This document shows positions 27,069 to 36,017 of a stretch of DNA of 64,000 bases, in pieces; the stretch's first letter is position 1; every line of letters begins with the position of its first letter. The notes beneath the pieces are model-generated. The model worked only from the letters and a program-made list of their open reading frames with translations, was not told the origin of the DNA and ran no database searches. A program made the translations under genes and the position numbers. The stretch comes from a virus, in IMG/VR virus record IMGVR_UViG_3300029922_000031, positions 32,001-96,000 of that record. The stretch is one strand, 5' to 3'.

Positions 27069-29425
27069 TGCAGCGCGTAGATGCTGTAGGTCGACACACC
27101 GTTGATGCGTCGGATGAAGAGGATGAACTTGCTACCGCTCGTCGTCGTCAGCGGGCTGCCGATCGACGAACCAACTGTGTAGCCAGAGAACGTGATCGAG
27201 CCGGCGGATGCCCCATTGGTGACGAGGATGTCGATCTCGCAGTCAGACGCCGGCGCCGCCAATGTGAAGGCGCCGTTGTTCGTCAGATACTGCACGTTGC
27301 CGAGCGCCGGGTTTGGCGTCGTGGTGCCGCTCGAGACGGTGCCAAGGTTGTTTGGCGCGAGCGAGAAGCCGACGCCGATCGTCGCCGTCGCTGAGAAGTT
27401 CGGTCCCGATGCGCCGGTGGCGCCGGTCGGGCCGATTGCACCCGTGGCGCCTGACGCTCCTGATGCTCCGACGCCCGTTGGGCCGGTGGCTCCAACAGCG
27501 CCGGTAGCTCCCGTCACGCCGACGCCGGTCGGTCCGACAGGACCCGTCACACCGATAGGTCCAGTAACGCCTACGGGGCCGGTGGCCCCCGTCACGCCCG
27601 CTCCGGTGGCTCCAACAGGGCCGGTAGCTCCAACAGGGCCGGTGAAGCTCGCGCCAGTGACACCAATCGGACCAGTGACACCGATCGGACCAGTGACACC
27701 AATCGGACCAGTGACACCGATCGGACCAGTGACACCAATCGGACCAGTGACACCGATCGGACCAGTCGCGCCGGTCGCTCCGACTTGGGCGATCAACGTC
27801 CAGTAGGTGCTCCAGCTTGCGCCAATTCCAGGCTCGGTCGTCGAGCCGGAGGTGTTTCCGAGCTTGCAATAATAGCTTGCGCCACCATCCGAGACTGCGT
27901 CGTTGATCGCGTAGACGGTGGCCGTAACCCAAGCGCCACGCCAATTGATCGCAGGACCCGTGACGCCGGTCGGTCCGATCGCGCCGGTGACTCCTACGGG
28001 ACCAGTGACGCCGGCGGGGCCGGTTGCCCCTGTAACGCCCGCGCCGGTCGCCCCAACGGGACCAGTTGCGCCAGTGACACCTGCCCCGGTCGCCCCGACG
28101 GAGCCTGTCACGCCTACGGGACCAGTGACGCCGGCCGGGCCGGTAGAGCCGGTTGGACCAGTGGCGCCCCGCTGCGCGATCAGCGTCCAATAGGTCGTCC
28201 AGGTTCCACCGACACCGGGCTCAGTGCCCGATGCAGACGTGTGCGCCGACGTGCAGATATAGCTCGAGCCGGAATCCGCGACGGCGTCGTAAACGGCGTA
28301 GGCGGTGCTCAGCGCCCAAGCGGAGCGCCAGGTGGTTGAGCCGCCCGCGGGACCGGTTGCTCCGGTCGCTCCGGTTGCTCCACTTACGCCGGAGTCGCCA
28401 ACCTGAGCGAGCAGACTCCACTTCGCCGTCCAAGCCGACCCAAGGCCGGGCTCGTTGAGGGCGGCGCTCGACGTGTGTGCGGTCGTACAAATGTAGCTGG
28501 AGCCGGAATCCGCGACGGCGTCATTGACGACGTACGCCGTTGCGTCGGCCCACGCTTGACGCCAGTTCGTGGAGCCGCCCGCGGGGCCGGTCGACCCAGA
28601 GGGGCCACTGGCGCCGGTCGGACCGGTTGATCCCGTCACACCGGCGGGGCCGGTCGGGCCAGTGGGGCCGGTTGCTCCGGATGCGCCGGGTCCGGTGGGA
28701 CCAGTGAGACCCGTCGTGCCCGTCGCGCCTACGGCGCCTGTAACGCCGACAGGTCCAGTGACACCGACAGGTCCCGTGGGGCCTTCGGCGCCAGTCGGGC
28801 CGATTGCACCCGTGGCGCCTTGCTGCGCCATGAGCGACCAGTAAGTCGTCCAGCTTGCGCCAACGCCGGGTTCAGTCGTCGAACTCGACGTGTTCCCAAG
28901 CTTGCAGTAGTAGCTGGAGCCGCCGTTTGAGACGGCGGCGTTGATCGCGTAGACGGTGTCCGTGAGCCAGTCTGAGCGCCAATCGATGACCGGGCCAGTG
29001 ACGCCGGCGGGACCGGTGACACCCGCGGGGCCGCTCGCTCCCGAAGGACCGGTCGAACCGCTGGCGCCGGAAGCGCCCATGACGCCGGTTGGGCCTGTCG
29101 TACCTTGAGCGCCGGTCGGGCCGACGGAGCCCGTGGGTCCAACAGGTCCTGTGGGACCACTTGCGCCGGAAGCGCCAGTCGAAGCGAGAAGACTCCACTT
29201 CGTCGTCCAGCTTGCGCCGACGCCGGGCTGCGTCGTAGAACCCGAAGTGTGTGCAGCGGTGCAGATGTAACTCGAGCCGTCGAGCGAGACTGCGTCGTTG
29301 AGGAGATAAGCGGTGGCGGTGAGCCAGACATCACGCCAGTTTGTCGAGCCGCCCGCGGGGCCGGTGGGGCCGGTGACGCCGATCGGGCCGGTAGAGCCGA
29401 CAACTTGAAGGATAACGCTCGTCAT
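27065..29425 (-). CDS. Collagen-like (G-x-T) fibre with five CBM5/12-like repeats
   Basis: GPTGVTG triplets alternate with W..W...T.Y..NDAV...G.SY.C....TS....PG.G..W...W modules. Confidence 0.85.
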   Translation of the reverse strand: MTSVILQVVGSTGPIGVTGPTGPAGGSTNWRDVWLTATAYLLNDAVSLDGSSYICTAAHTSGSTTQPGVGASWTTKWSLLASTGASGASGPTGPVGPTGSVGPTGAQGTTGPTGVMGASGASGSTGPSGASGPAGVTGPAGVTGPVIDWRSDWLTDTVYAINAAVSNGGSSYYCKLGNTSSSTTEPGVGASWTTYWSLMAQQGATGAIGPTGAEGPTGPVGVTGPVGVTGAVGATGTTGLTGPTGPGASGATGPTGPTGPAGVTGSTGPTGASGPSGSTGPAGGSTNWRQAWADATAYVVNDAVADSGSSYICTTAHTSSAALNEPGLGSAWTAKWSLLAQVGDSGVSGATGATGATGPAGGSTTWRSAWALSTAYAVYDAVADSGSSYICTSAHTSASGTEPGVGGTWTTYWTLIAQRGATGPTGSTGPAGVTGPVGVTGSVGATGAGVTGATGPVGATGAGVTGATGPAGVTGPVGVTGAIGPTGVTGPAINWRGAWVTATVYAINDAVSDGGASYYCKLGNTSGSTTEPGIGASWSTYWTLIAQVGATGATGPIGVTGPIGVTGPIGVTGPIGVTGPIGVTGPIGVTGASFTGPVGATGPVGATGAGVTGATGPVGVTGPIGVTGPVGPTGVGVTGATGAVGATGPTGVGASGASGATGAIGPTGATGASGPNFSATATIGVGFSLAPNNLGTVSSGTTTPNPALGNVQYLTNNGAFTLAAPASDCEIDILVTNGASAGSITFSGYTVGSSIGSPLTTTSGSKFILFIRRINGVSTYSIYALQ
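27654..27766. repeat. Tandem repeat, 18 bp x6 (perfect 36 bp x3)
   Basis: CCAGTGACACC(A/G)ATCGGA, encoding PIGVTG. Confidence 0.95.
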
Positions 29426-29475
29426 CTGCCCATGGTCCTAGAGAAACCCCAGAGTAAGTCAAAACTGATTGATAT

Positions 29476-31353
29476 TCAAGCTCGCCATTTTCCCTTCTGG
29501 AAAGTCACGAGGCTGCGCTTGTCGTTCGGGTAGTGAATGATGTCGGCCGTAGCCCAGCTCGACGGGCCAAGATTGTAGCCGTGATGCAAATTCATCCCGC
29601 CGGCGCCATAGACGCCGTCGTTAATCGAGGGCGAGTGCTTATCGCCGACAGACATTTTCCGACCCATCTTCGCGTAGCCCATCATGGTCGCGCGGGTGCC
29701 GTTCGACCCACGAAAGCCGTGATGACCGCACTCGATCCCGCCAATCAGGTAGGAATAGCCGTCATAGGCCCACTCGACGTGGTCGACGCTCTTGCCCATC
29801 AGATCGCGCAGGGCGTATTCGAGCAGCGCGAACCGTTCTGGCTCCTTGTAGGCGTCGAGCGCCTTGGCGACTCGATAGCGATTGTTCGCCATCGCCGCCT
29901 CGAGTTTTAGACCGAATGAAAGATTGATGCCGTCATTCCGATAGCGCCCCTCTTTGATGTAGCGATTGAGGGCGAGATCGTGATTCGATTCGACGTTGAC
30001 GATCTTGAGACCGGGTCGTTTGAGCGCGGCGTAGAAGGCGCCGAGGTTCTCGACCTCCGTCTGAACCGACGAGCGGCCGCGCACCGCCAGCTCATAGGCG
30101 GCATGGCCGTCGTCTGCCCTGTGATGGTTGCCGATCTCCTGATCGTGCCCGTCATGAATGAAGATCGTCTCCGGCTTCAGAACGTCGAGGATCGACTGAT
30201 TCCAGATGTGCTTGTTCGTACGAACGTCGAGACCGAAGTTGCCGCGCGCGTTCGCCGGGTCGAGCTTGGCGTGATGCAGGTCGCCGAAGACGATCGCCTT
30301 GACCGTGTGACCGGTCTCGACCAGGCCGTCATGCACGAAGATGTTGAGGTCGTAGAAACTTCCATCCTCGCTGGCGTTGAGCTGCCGGCAGAAGACATCG
30401 CCATCTTCGTCGAACTCGACCAGCGTCGCGCCGATGACATGGTGAAAGATCGACTTTGAGCCGGCTTTCCGGGCGATCACCTTGGGGCGCGTGACGGCGC
30501 CGGAGGTCATGATCTGATAGGCTTGAACGCCCGGATCGGTCGACGGGATGCTTTCGAGCGCGAGCTTGGAATGCGGGAAGACTGCCCAGCGGCTGCGGCT
30601 GTATGTGGCGAGACCGGAGAGCGGCCGATCGGCGGTCGGCAGCGTGTTCATTTCGCCGCAGAAGACGAAGTTATCGCCGATGGCGAGCTGACCGAAGCAC
30701 AGATGCGGCGTCAGTTCATTGGCGTAGGAGCGCGAGATCGGGTTGTTCTCGCTCCACCACTGCGTCTCATAGGTCCATGGGCCGACGATGATCTCGGCGC
30801 CGATCGCCGTGGCGTAGGCTTGAAGATTGATCCAGAACTCGGCGTGAAGCGGCGCGTCGTTCTGAGCGCCGGCGAAGATGAACTTGCGATCGCGGCAGTC
30901 GGCGATCGGCGCGACCCGGAGGGTGTCTGAGATCCAGGTGCGCGGGGTGCCCTCGATCATTTCATAGACGCCAGTATCGCGGTCATAGCGCTCGGAGAGA
31001 TAGCTGTCGACGATGATCGCTTCGGGATTGATGACGGGATAGTCAGAGCGCTGCAACAGCGTTGTGATCTCTGCGTTCAGTCGCGTAGCGCGCGCTTTGG
31101 CATGATCTTGGGCGGTGAGCTCGGGCGCTTCTTCTGTCTTGACCTCGACATCCTTCTCACGCGACCGGGTGACGATCAGCGGCAGGCTCATGCCCGCCTC
31201 GAGGAGCTGACGATGCGTCGCGGCGCGGTTGATCACCGATTTGCGGGAGAGGCCGAGAGCTGCCGCAACATGCGCGATAGTCGGGCAATCATCGAGATCG
31301 TTGTACGCGGCGATGAACTCGTCCATCTTCGGGACAGATTGGAAACCCACCAT
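29476..31353 (-). CDS. T5 A1-like protein: N-terminal HTH + calcineurin-like metallophosphoesterase
   Basis: FIFAGAQND.PLH.EFW.NLQAYA; FGDLHH, DGHD, SNHD, GHHG, GDKHSP. Confidence 0.75.
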   Translation of the reverse strand: MVGFQSVPKMDEFIAAYNDLDDCPTIAHVAAALGLSRKSVINRAATHRQLLEAGMSLPLIVTRSREKDVEVKTEEAPELTAQDHAKARATRLNAEITTLLQRSDYPVINPEAIIVDSYLSERYDRDTGVYEMIEGTPRTWISDTLRVAPIADCRDRKFIFAGAQNDAPLHAEFWINLQAYATAIGAEIIVGPWTYETQWWSENNPISRSYANELTPHLCFGQLAIGDNFVFCGEMNTLPTADRPLSGLATYSRSRWAVFPHSKLALESIPSTDPGVQAYQIMTSGAVTRPKVIARKAGSKSIFHHVIGATLVEFDEDGDVFCRQLNASEDGSFYDLNIFVHDGLVETGHTVKAIVFGDLHHAKLDPANARGNFGLDVRTNKHIWNQSILDVLKPETIFIHDGHDQEIGNHHRADDGHAAYELAVRGRSSVQTEVENLGAFYAALKRPGLKIVNVESNHDLALNRYIKEGRYRNDGINLSFGLKLEAAMANNRYRVAKALDAYKEPERFALLEYALRDLMGKSVDHVEWAYDGYSYLIGGIECGHHGFRGSNGTRATMMGYAKMGRKMSVGDKHSPSINDGVYGAGGMNLHHGYNLGPSSWATADIIHYPNDKRSLVTFQKGKWRA

Positions 31354-31416
31354 GAATCAGTTCTCTCTGCTGCGCTGGAACCGCTTGAAAGCGATCCCTT
31401 CTAATATAGCAAGATC

Positions 31417-31430
31417 AGTCAACGTTGACT
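31417..31430. promoter_or_regulatory. Palindromic operator AGTCA-ACGT-TGACT (representative of >20 copies)
   Basis: Perfect palindrome adjacent to the GCTATAT -10 element; full list in findings. Confidence 0.85.
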
Positions 31431-31434
31431 GGAA

Positions 31435-31761
31435 TCATTGGAGTTTCGTCCGTTTCATAGCGGCAGTCGCCTTCTCGTAGTAGTTTACGATGTTGCTCAT
31501 CCGCAGCATCCAGCTTGCCACTTGGACGTCGTTCTGGAGGGCGAGCTTCTCGTCGCCCATCGACACGCAGGCCATTGTGCCGCAGAGACCCCAGTGAATG
31601 CGCGAGAGCTTGACCGGCGCCGGGCGAGCCGGCTGCGCGATCGCGATAGGCTCAACGCTTAACTGGACGGGCGGCGCCGGAGGCTGACTCGAGCAGGCTG
31701 TCAACAGCGTCATTGTCGCGATTGATAGCGTCAATCGCCTTGACCATTTCAGGATCGACAT
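31435..31761 (-). CDS. o-spanin (Rz1-like lipoprotein)
   Basis: Lipobox LLTA|C, Pro-rich; overlaps the i-spanin 3' end. Confidence 0.8.
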   Translation of the reverse strand: MSILKWSRRLTLSIATMTLLTACSSQPPAPPVQLSVEPIAIAQPARPAPVKLSRIHWGLCGTMACVSMGDEKLALQNDVQVASWMLRMSNIVNYYEKATAAMKRTKLQ

Positions 31762-32107
31762 TTGCATCTTCCTTCTTTGCTGGCGTGATTGGCGGCTTCG
31801 GCTCAGTGATGGTTTGGATCTGCGTCTGAACATCAGCCGCTTGGCTAGACGCCGCCGCATCGGAATTCACGAGCCCCACAAGGGCGCCCGCCTGCGATCG
31901 CGCCTGCTGGCGCTGAATCTCCGAGGACTGCGCCTGATACTGCGTGACGACCTCTGCCCTGGCAGCGATCTGCGCCTGTGCAATCAGTCGGTTCTGAGTG
32001 GTTTCGAGGTACATATAGAGAGCGAAGATCACGCCGGCGAGCGCCAGAAGCGCGACACCGATGGCGATAAGACGCGGAACGAGAGTGGTGGGCCAAAGAC
32101 TGAGCAT
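31652..32107 (-). CDS. i-spanin (Rz-like)
   Basis: N-terminal TM followed by Q/A-rich coiled coil; start MLSLWP with GAGG SD. Confidence 0.8.
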   Translation of the reverse strand: MLSLWPTTLVPRLIAIGVALLALAGVIFALYMYLETTQNRLIAQAQIAARAEVVTQYQAQSSEIQRQQARSQAGALVGLVNSDAAASSQAADVQTQIQTITEPKPPITPAKKEDANVDPEMVKAIDAINRDNDAVDSLLESASGAARPVKR

Positions 32108-32114
32108 TAGATCC

Positions 32115-32471
32115 TCACGGCATGGGCGGGGGTTGCGGCTTCTCAGCCGTCGGCGGAGCTTCCGGGATCGGCGAGCGACGCCAGGCCGGGCTCTGATAGG
32201 AGTTGTCGTCGTAGGAGCTCGACCCGTAGTTGTTGCGGCGGTTGTTGTCGTCCCAGACCGCGCCAAAGATGTAGGCGGTGAGCAGCGTGACGCCGGAACC
32301 GGATAGAGCGATGAAGGCTTGATCGTATAGAGCGTTGTCGATGCCGCGAACGAGGATCGCAGTCATCGCGACGCCCATCCAGATCAGGGTTGCGAAGAGC
32401 ACGCGCCGACGATTCTTCCAGTTGTCCTCAACCGGAATCATCTCGATCGGCTGCGCGCCCGCCTGGCCCAT
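32115..32471 (-). CDS. Holin-like two-TM membrane protein
   Basis: NWKNRRRVLFATLIW...AYIFGAVWDD; ATG overlaps the endolysin TAA. Confidence 0.7.
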   Translation of the reverse strand: MGQAGAQPIEMIPVEDNWKNRRRVLFATLIWMGVAMTAILVRGIDNALYDQAFIALSGSGVTLLTAYIFGAVWDDNNRRNNYGSSSYDDNSYQSPAWRRSPIPEAPPTAEKPQPPPMP

Positions 32472-33049
32472 TACGGAGCCTGCGCGGCGTCGAGAAAGGC
32501 GTCGTGATAGTCGGCGATCTTCTCGGCGCAGTCGGTGCCATTGATGATGCGGCGCGCGTTGACCGGGTCGTCGTTCGTCGCGCTGAAATAGCCGCCGAGC
32601 TTGGCGCCGGTGAACCAACCTTCGATCATCCCCATGATCATGATCGCCGCGGCGATGTCGGGGCGCTCGGCCAGTTCCGGGTTCGCTTCGAGATTGTCGT
32701 TTGCGTCGAGGACGCCGAGTTCGCGCAGCCGTTTGGTGGCGTGCGCGTAGTTGGCCTCCCAGGTGAGCTGAACGTCGCCGCGACCGAAATACGCCTGGTG
32801 CCAGGGGCCAGTCGGCACTCCGTAGGAATGGCCCCTGCCCTGCCCATACTCGTCGATCGGCTGCATGGTCGCGGCCGTCTCGTGATAGGCCGTCGCAAGG
32901 CTGTAGCAGACGAAGCGCACGTCGGCGGCCGGGACCCAGTGCTCCCAAGCATCCAGAATCGCCTGCATCCCGTCGACCTGGCCTTGGCCTAGATTGCCGG
33001 CGAACAAGGAAGCGCGAATGGAGGGGAAGAACTTGTCGCGATCAATCAC
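32471..33049 (-). CDS. Endolysin, GH19/chitinase-like
   Basis: LATAYHET..TMQPI.E, YFGRGDVQLTWEANY, ARRIINGTD. Confidence 0.92.
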   Translation of the reverse strand: MIDRDKFFPSIRASLFAGNLGQGQVDGMQAILDAWEHWVPAADVRFVCYSLATAYHETAATMQPIDEYGQGRGHSYGVPTGPWHQAYFGRGDVQLTWEANYAHATKRLRELGVLDANDNLEANPELAERPDIAAAIMIMGMIEGWFTGAKLGGYFSATNDDPVNARRIINGTDCAEKIADYHDAFLDAAQAP

Positions 33050-33063
33050 GGATCTATCCTTGG

Positions 33064-33435
33064 TTAGTCGTGCTGACGTTGCTCGAATGCGCGGTCCAGG
33101 CGGGCGCCCAAATCGCGGATTGCCGTGGTGACGCCATCGATTGCAGAGAAGAGCCGCGCCTCTACTTGTCGCAGCGTGTCGGCGTTGACGTATCGCGTGG
33201 CGACTTCGAGTTTGTGCTCGGTGAGCTCGCGGCTGACGACGGCGAGAGCCTTTTCGGTCTCCGCGGTCTTCTTGGCGGATTCAGCGAACCCGACTTCGGT
33301 CTTCGCCCGCTCTTTGACGCCGTTGATGTAGGCCGATGCCGCTGAGCCAAGCGCGATGATCATCGCGACCGTCCCGAGAATCTGGCTGTAGGTGGGAAAC
33401 CAACCGGACGAAGCCGGGCCGAAATCGGGGGTCAT
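33064..33435 (-). CDS. Single-TM coiled-coil protein (lysis-associated)
   Basis: One TM helix then coiled coil; directly upstream of the endolysin. Confidence 0.65.
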   Translation of the reverse strand: MTPDFGPASSGWFPTYSQILGTVAMIIALGSAASAYINGVKERAKTEVGFAESAKKTAETEKALAVVSRELTEHKLEVATRYVNADTLRQVEARLFSAIDGVTTAIRDLGARLDRAFEQRQHD

Positions 33436-33512
33436 CAGATTAAGGTCCGCTTCGAGCTAGAGCACAATCAATGTTGATTGATCATACCAGCCGAAAGTGA
33501 AAAAGGGAACTG

Positions 33513-34175
33513 TTAAGCTAGCACCGCCGAATCGTCCGACAGTCGGCGCCAGGCGCCGTTCGAATAGACGACGAGAACGCCGGTGCCAGCGCCGACGCCC
33601 TCGCCCGTCTTGCGGCCGTTTGTTGCGAAGGCGACACCGCCAACGACGCCGGCCGGAAGCGCCGACACCAGGCATCGCATCGTCAGAAGCAGAGCATTGG
33701 AAGTCAGAGCGGTAAAGGTGCCCGCCGCCGGCGTGACGCTGCCGATGACGACGCCGTCCATGACACCGCCGAGACTGGCCGCGCTGATGATCACGACACC
33801 CGAGACCGACACGTCGCCCTGAAGAACGCTGGAAATCGGGGAAAGCGCGACGAGCGCCGCGTCGATCTGAAGAAGCGACTGAGCGATGAGGCTCGAAGTG
33901 TCGATGTCGCCGAACGCTGGCGTTGGGAAGGCGTTGGTCGGCGTGAAGTCGCGCTGAATGGCGTTTTGCTGCGCCGTCTTAGTCGTGCCGACATAATTGG
34001 TGGTCAGCGTGATCTGTATGTCGGAGTCGACGCTGAGAATCTTGTACCAGACGCCCTCTCCCTGAATCTCGAACAGGTCGTTCGCGGTAACATTGGCCGC
34101 CCACTGCGTTCCCGCGCCAGCGACGACAGGGGATCCATTGGTGACGTTGACGGTGCCGAGACGATACTGAGCCAT
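33513..34175 (-). CDS. Tail fibre protein (N-terminal anchor domain)
   Basis: YRLGTVNVTNGS..V.G.GTQW anchor motif. Confidence 0.75.
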   Translation of the reverse strand: MAQYRLGTVNVTNGSPVVAGAGTQWAANVTANDLFEIQGEGVWYKILSVDSDIQITLTTNYVGTTKTAQQNAIQRDFTPTNAFPTPAFGDIDTSSLIAQSLLQIDAALVALSPISSVLQGDVSVSGVVIISAASLGGVMDGVVIGSVTPAAGTFTALTSNALLLTMRCLVSALPAGVVGGVAFATNGRKTGEGVGAGTGVLVVYSNGAWRRLSDDSAVLA

Positions 34176-34234
34176 GAATGCCCTTCCTGCTTCCGCAAGA
34201 GTAAGTCAAAACTGAATGATTCTCTACCGCAAAA

Positions 34235-34579
34235 TTAGGTGAGCGGCATTTCCAGATCGAGAATCTTCAGGCCGCGATTGATCAGCGCCTGCGAATTGAG
34301 ATGGTTGCGGCCCGGCATCGGTAGATTGAGCGTGGGTGTGAAGTCGGTGGCGATCGCATAGACCAGCCCGAACAGAGTGTTTCCGGTCGGGCCGGGGATC
34401 GTCTCGAACACGGTCAGTTGGAGGTCGCTGTCGACCGACTTGATATGAAAGATCTGTTTGAGGCCGGGGATCGAGACGAATTGACCGACCTTTGCATTGG
34501 CGAGAAAGGCCGTGCCGTCGCCTTTGATCGTGCTGGTGTTGCAGACGAGTCCAATCGTGCCATCGGTGTATGCGGCCAT
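34235..34579 (-). CDS. Stand-alone fibre anchor, paralogue of 33513-34175
   Basis: Shares SVDSD.Q.T and DFTPT...P.P. Confidence 0.75.
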   Translation of the reverse strand: MAAYTDGTIGLVCNTSTIKGDGTAFLANAKVGQFVSIPGLKQIFHIKSVDSDLQLTVFETIPGPTGNTLFGLVYAIATDFTPTLNLPMPGRNHLNSQALINRGLKILDLEMPLT

Positions 34580-34601
34580 CGACTTTCTCCAAGATTATCG
34601 G

Positions 34602-35111
34602 TCAAAGACCATAGGTGCGGAAGGCGTAAGCCTGTGGCGACGTCCACGACGTTGGATTTGCGAAGTTGATGACAGACAGAAACAGGAAGATATAACTCGT
34701 CGTAGCGAAGAAGCCTGAGTTCGCGCCTGTGCCACGTGGCGTAATTACACCGCCGGATGTAACATAGGTCACAGTTCCACTGTTATAGCTGGCGACCCAA
34801 TCATCCGTTGCTGGATCTTGATAGGAAGCGAAGACGAGCGGGATATAGGCGTAGGGCGTGGCAAAGTTATACTGATAAGAATAGTAATAGGCGGATTTCA
34901 CATAAGAAGCATTAGGTGGATTGTAGCTGACCGGCCCAGAAAAGGACGACCACGGAATTTGTTGCGCAACGGACGCCCCGCCGTAGCGAGACCCGTAAGC
35001 GTCGAAAATAACATCAGCCTGGTTAGTCGGGGATACCGCGCTATCTCCAGAACTAGTGGAGCGCATAACTCCTGCACTCGGGTCGATGTAAAACTGGGTC
35101 GTCAAAGTCAT
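34602..35111 (-). CDS. Tail-tip / receptor-binding-associated protein
   Basis: Downstream of J; DVIFD and YIPLVF motifs shared with its neighbour; lower GC. Confidence 0.65.
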   Translation of the reverse strand: MTLTTQFYIDPSAGVMRSTSSGDSAVSPTNQADVIFDAYGSRYGGASVAQQIPWSSFSGPVSYNPPNASYVKSAYYYSYQYNFATPYAYIPLVFASYQDPATDDWVASYNSGTVTYVTSGGVITPRGTGANSGFFATTSYIFLFLSVINFANPTSWTSPQAYAFRTYGL

Positions 35112-35114
35112 AGC

Positions 35115-36014
35115 CTAATGCCATTTATTCTTCATAATAAAGATTGAGGTTGGAGCGATAGCGAGCGTCTTGCCCGCGCTGCTGTAGCCGCTACCGCGCC
35201 CAACAACGTAAACACGTTGATCGTCAACATAGATGTTTGGGGATGCCAAGGCAGATACACGAAAATCGGGGTACGAGATCGAGAACACGAAGGGGATATA
35301 CCCGAGACTGTGCTTGTATGAATATATGTAGTCTGCGACCTTATTATACGTTGGCGTCACGCCGGGTGCATTATATTGGTTCCAATTCTGCACCCAGCCC
35401 AGCGATGAGACCGTCTCCGAATGAAGCGGTCGGCCAAGCACAGGCCCTAGTGACGCCGGCGGGATCAGAAAATCCCAGACATTCGTCGAGCTGATCAAGC
35501 GTCCAGGCTTCGATACGACTGGGCCACTGGCGTCCCACTTCATCCATGTGGTTCCCGCGCGAGATCCTGCCAGCGCGGTGGGATCGGCGAAGAAGACGGC
35601 CCATAGGCCCGTCGAAACATTCCCCATGGCCGGGAGAGACATGCTCGATTCCGACACTGCGAACCCGCTGGAAAGCTGATACGCGGTCTGCAAATCTTCC
35701 CACAGAGTCGTTCCGTAGTAGTTGTAGGGTAGCGGATGGCTTGAACTGTATGCCGGAAGATCAGGTACATAGAAAGCGCCGGCGACGAACGGCAAGAAAG
35801 GCAGCGTGGGAAAACTGACGGTCGTAATAGCAGTGGGCGATAGAACCGCCGTCCCGTAGTAGCCCGCGGCTGTGCTCAGCAACTCTGGCCAGTCAGAATC
35901 GAAGATGATGTTGGTCGGATCAGTCGGCGCCGGGTCGGCATCGAAGCCAGGCGCGACGACGCGAAAGCGGTGCCCCCCATCCGAGAAATATCCCGCCTTG
36001 ACGCTGATGGTCAT
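35115..36014 (-). CDS. Tail-tip / receptor-binding-associated protein
   Basis: NIIFDSDW, LPFV and HSLGYIPFV; lower GC. Confidence 0.7.
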   Translation of the reverse strand: MTISVKAGYFSDGGHRFRVVAPGFDADPAPTDPTNIIFDSDWPELLSTAAGYYGTAVLSPTAITTVSFPTLPFLPFVAGAFYVPDLPAYSSSHPLPYNYYGTTLWEDLQTAYQLSSGFAVSESSMSLPAMGNVSTGLWAVFFADPTALAGSRAGTTWMKWDASGPVVSKPGRLISSTNVWDFLIPPASLGPVLGRPLHSETVSSLGWVQNWNQYNAPGVTPTYNKVADYIYSYKHSLGYIPFVFSISYPDFRVSALASPNIYVDDQRVYVVGRGSGYSSAGKTLAIAPTSIFIMKNKWH

Positions 36015-36017
36015 AGA

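Noticed and set aside
27654-27766. CRISPR-like repeat array
   Set aside because: No spacers; in-frame coding tandem repeat; no cas genes
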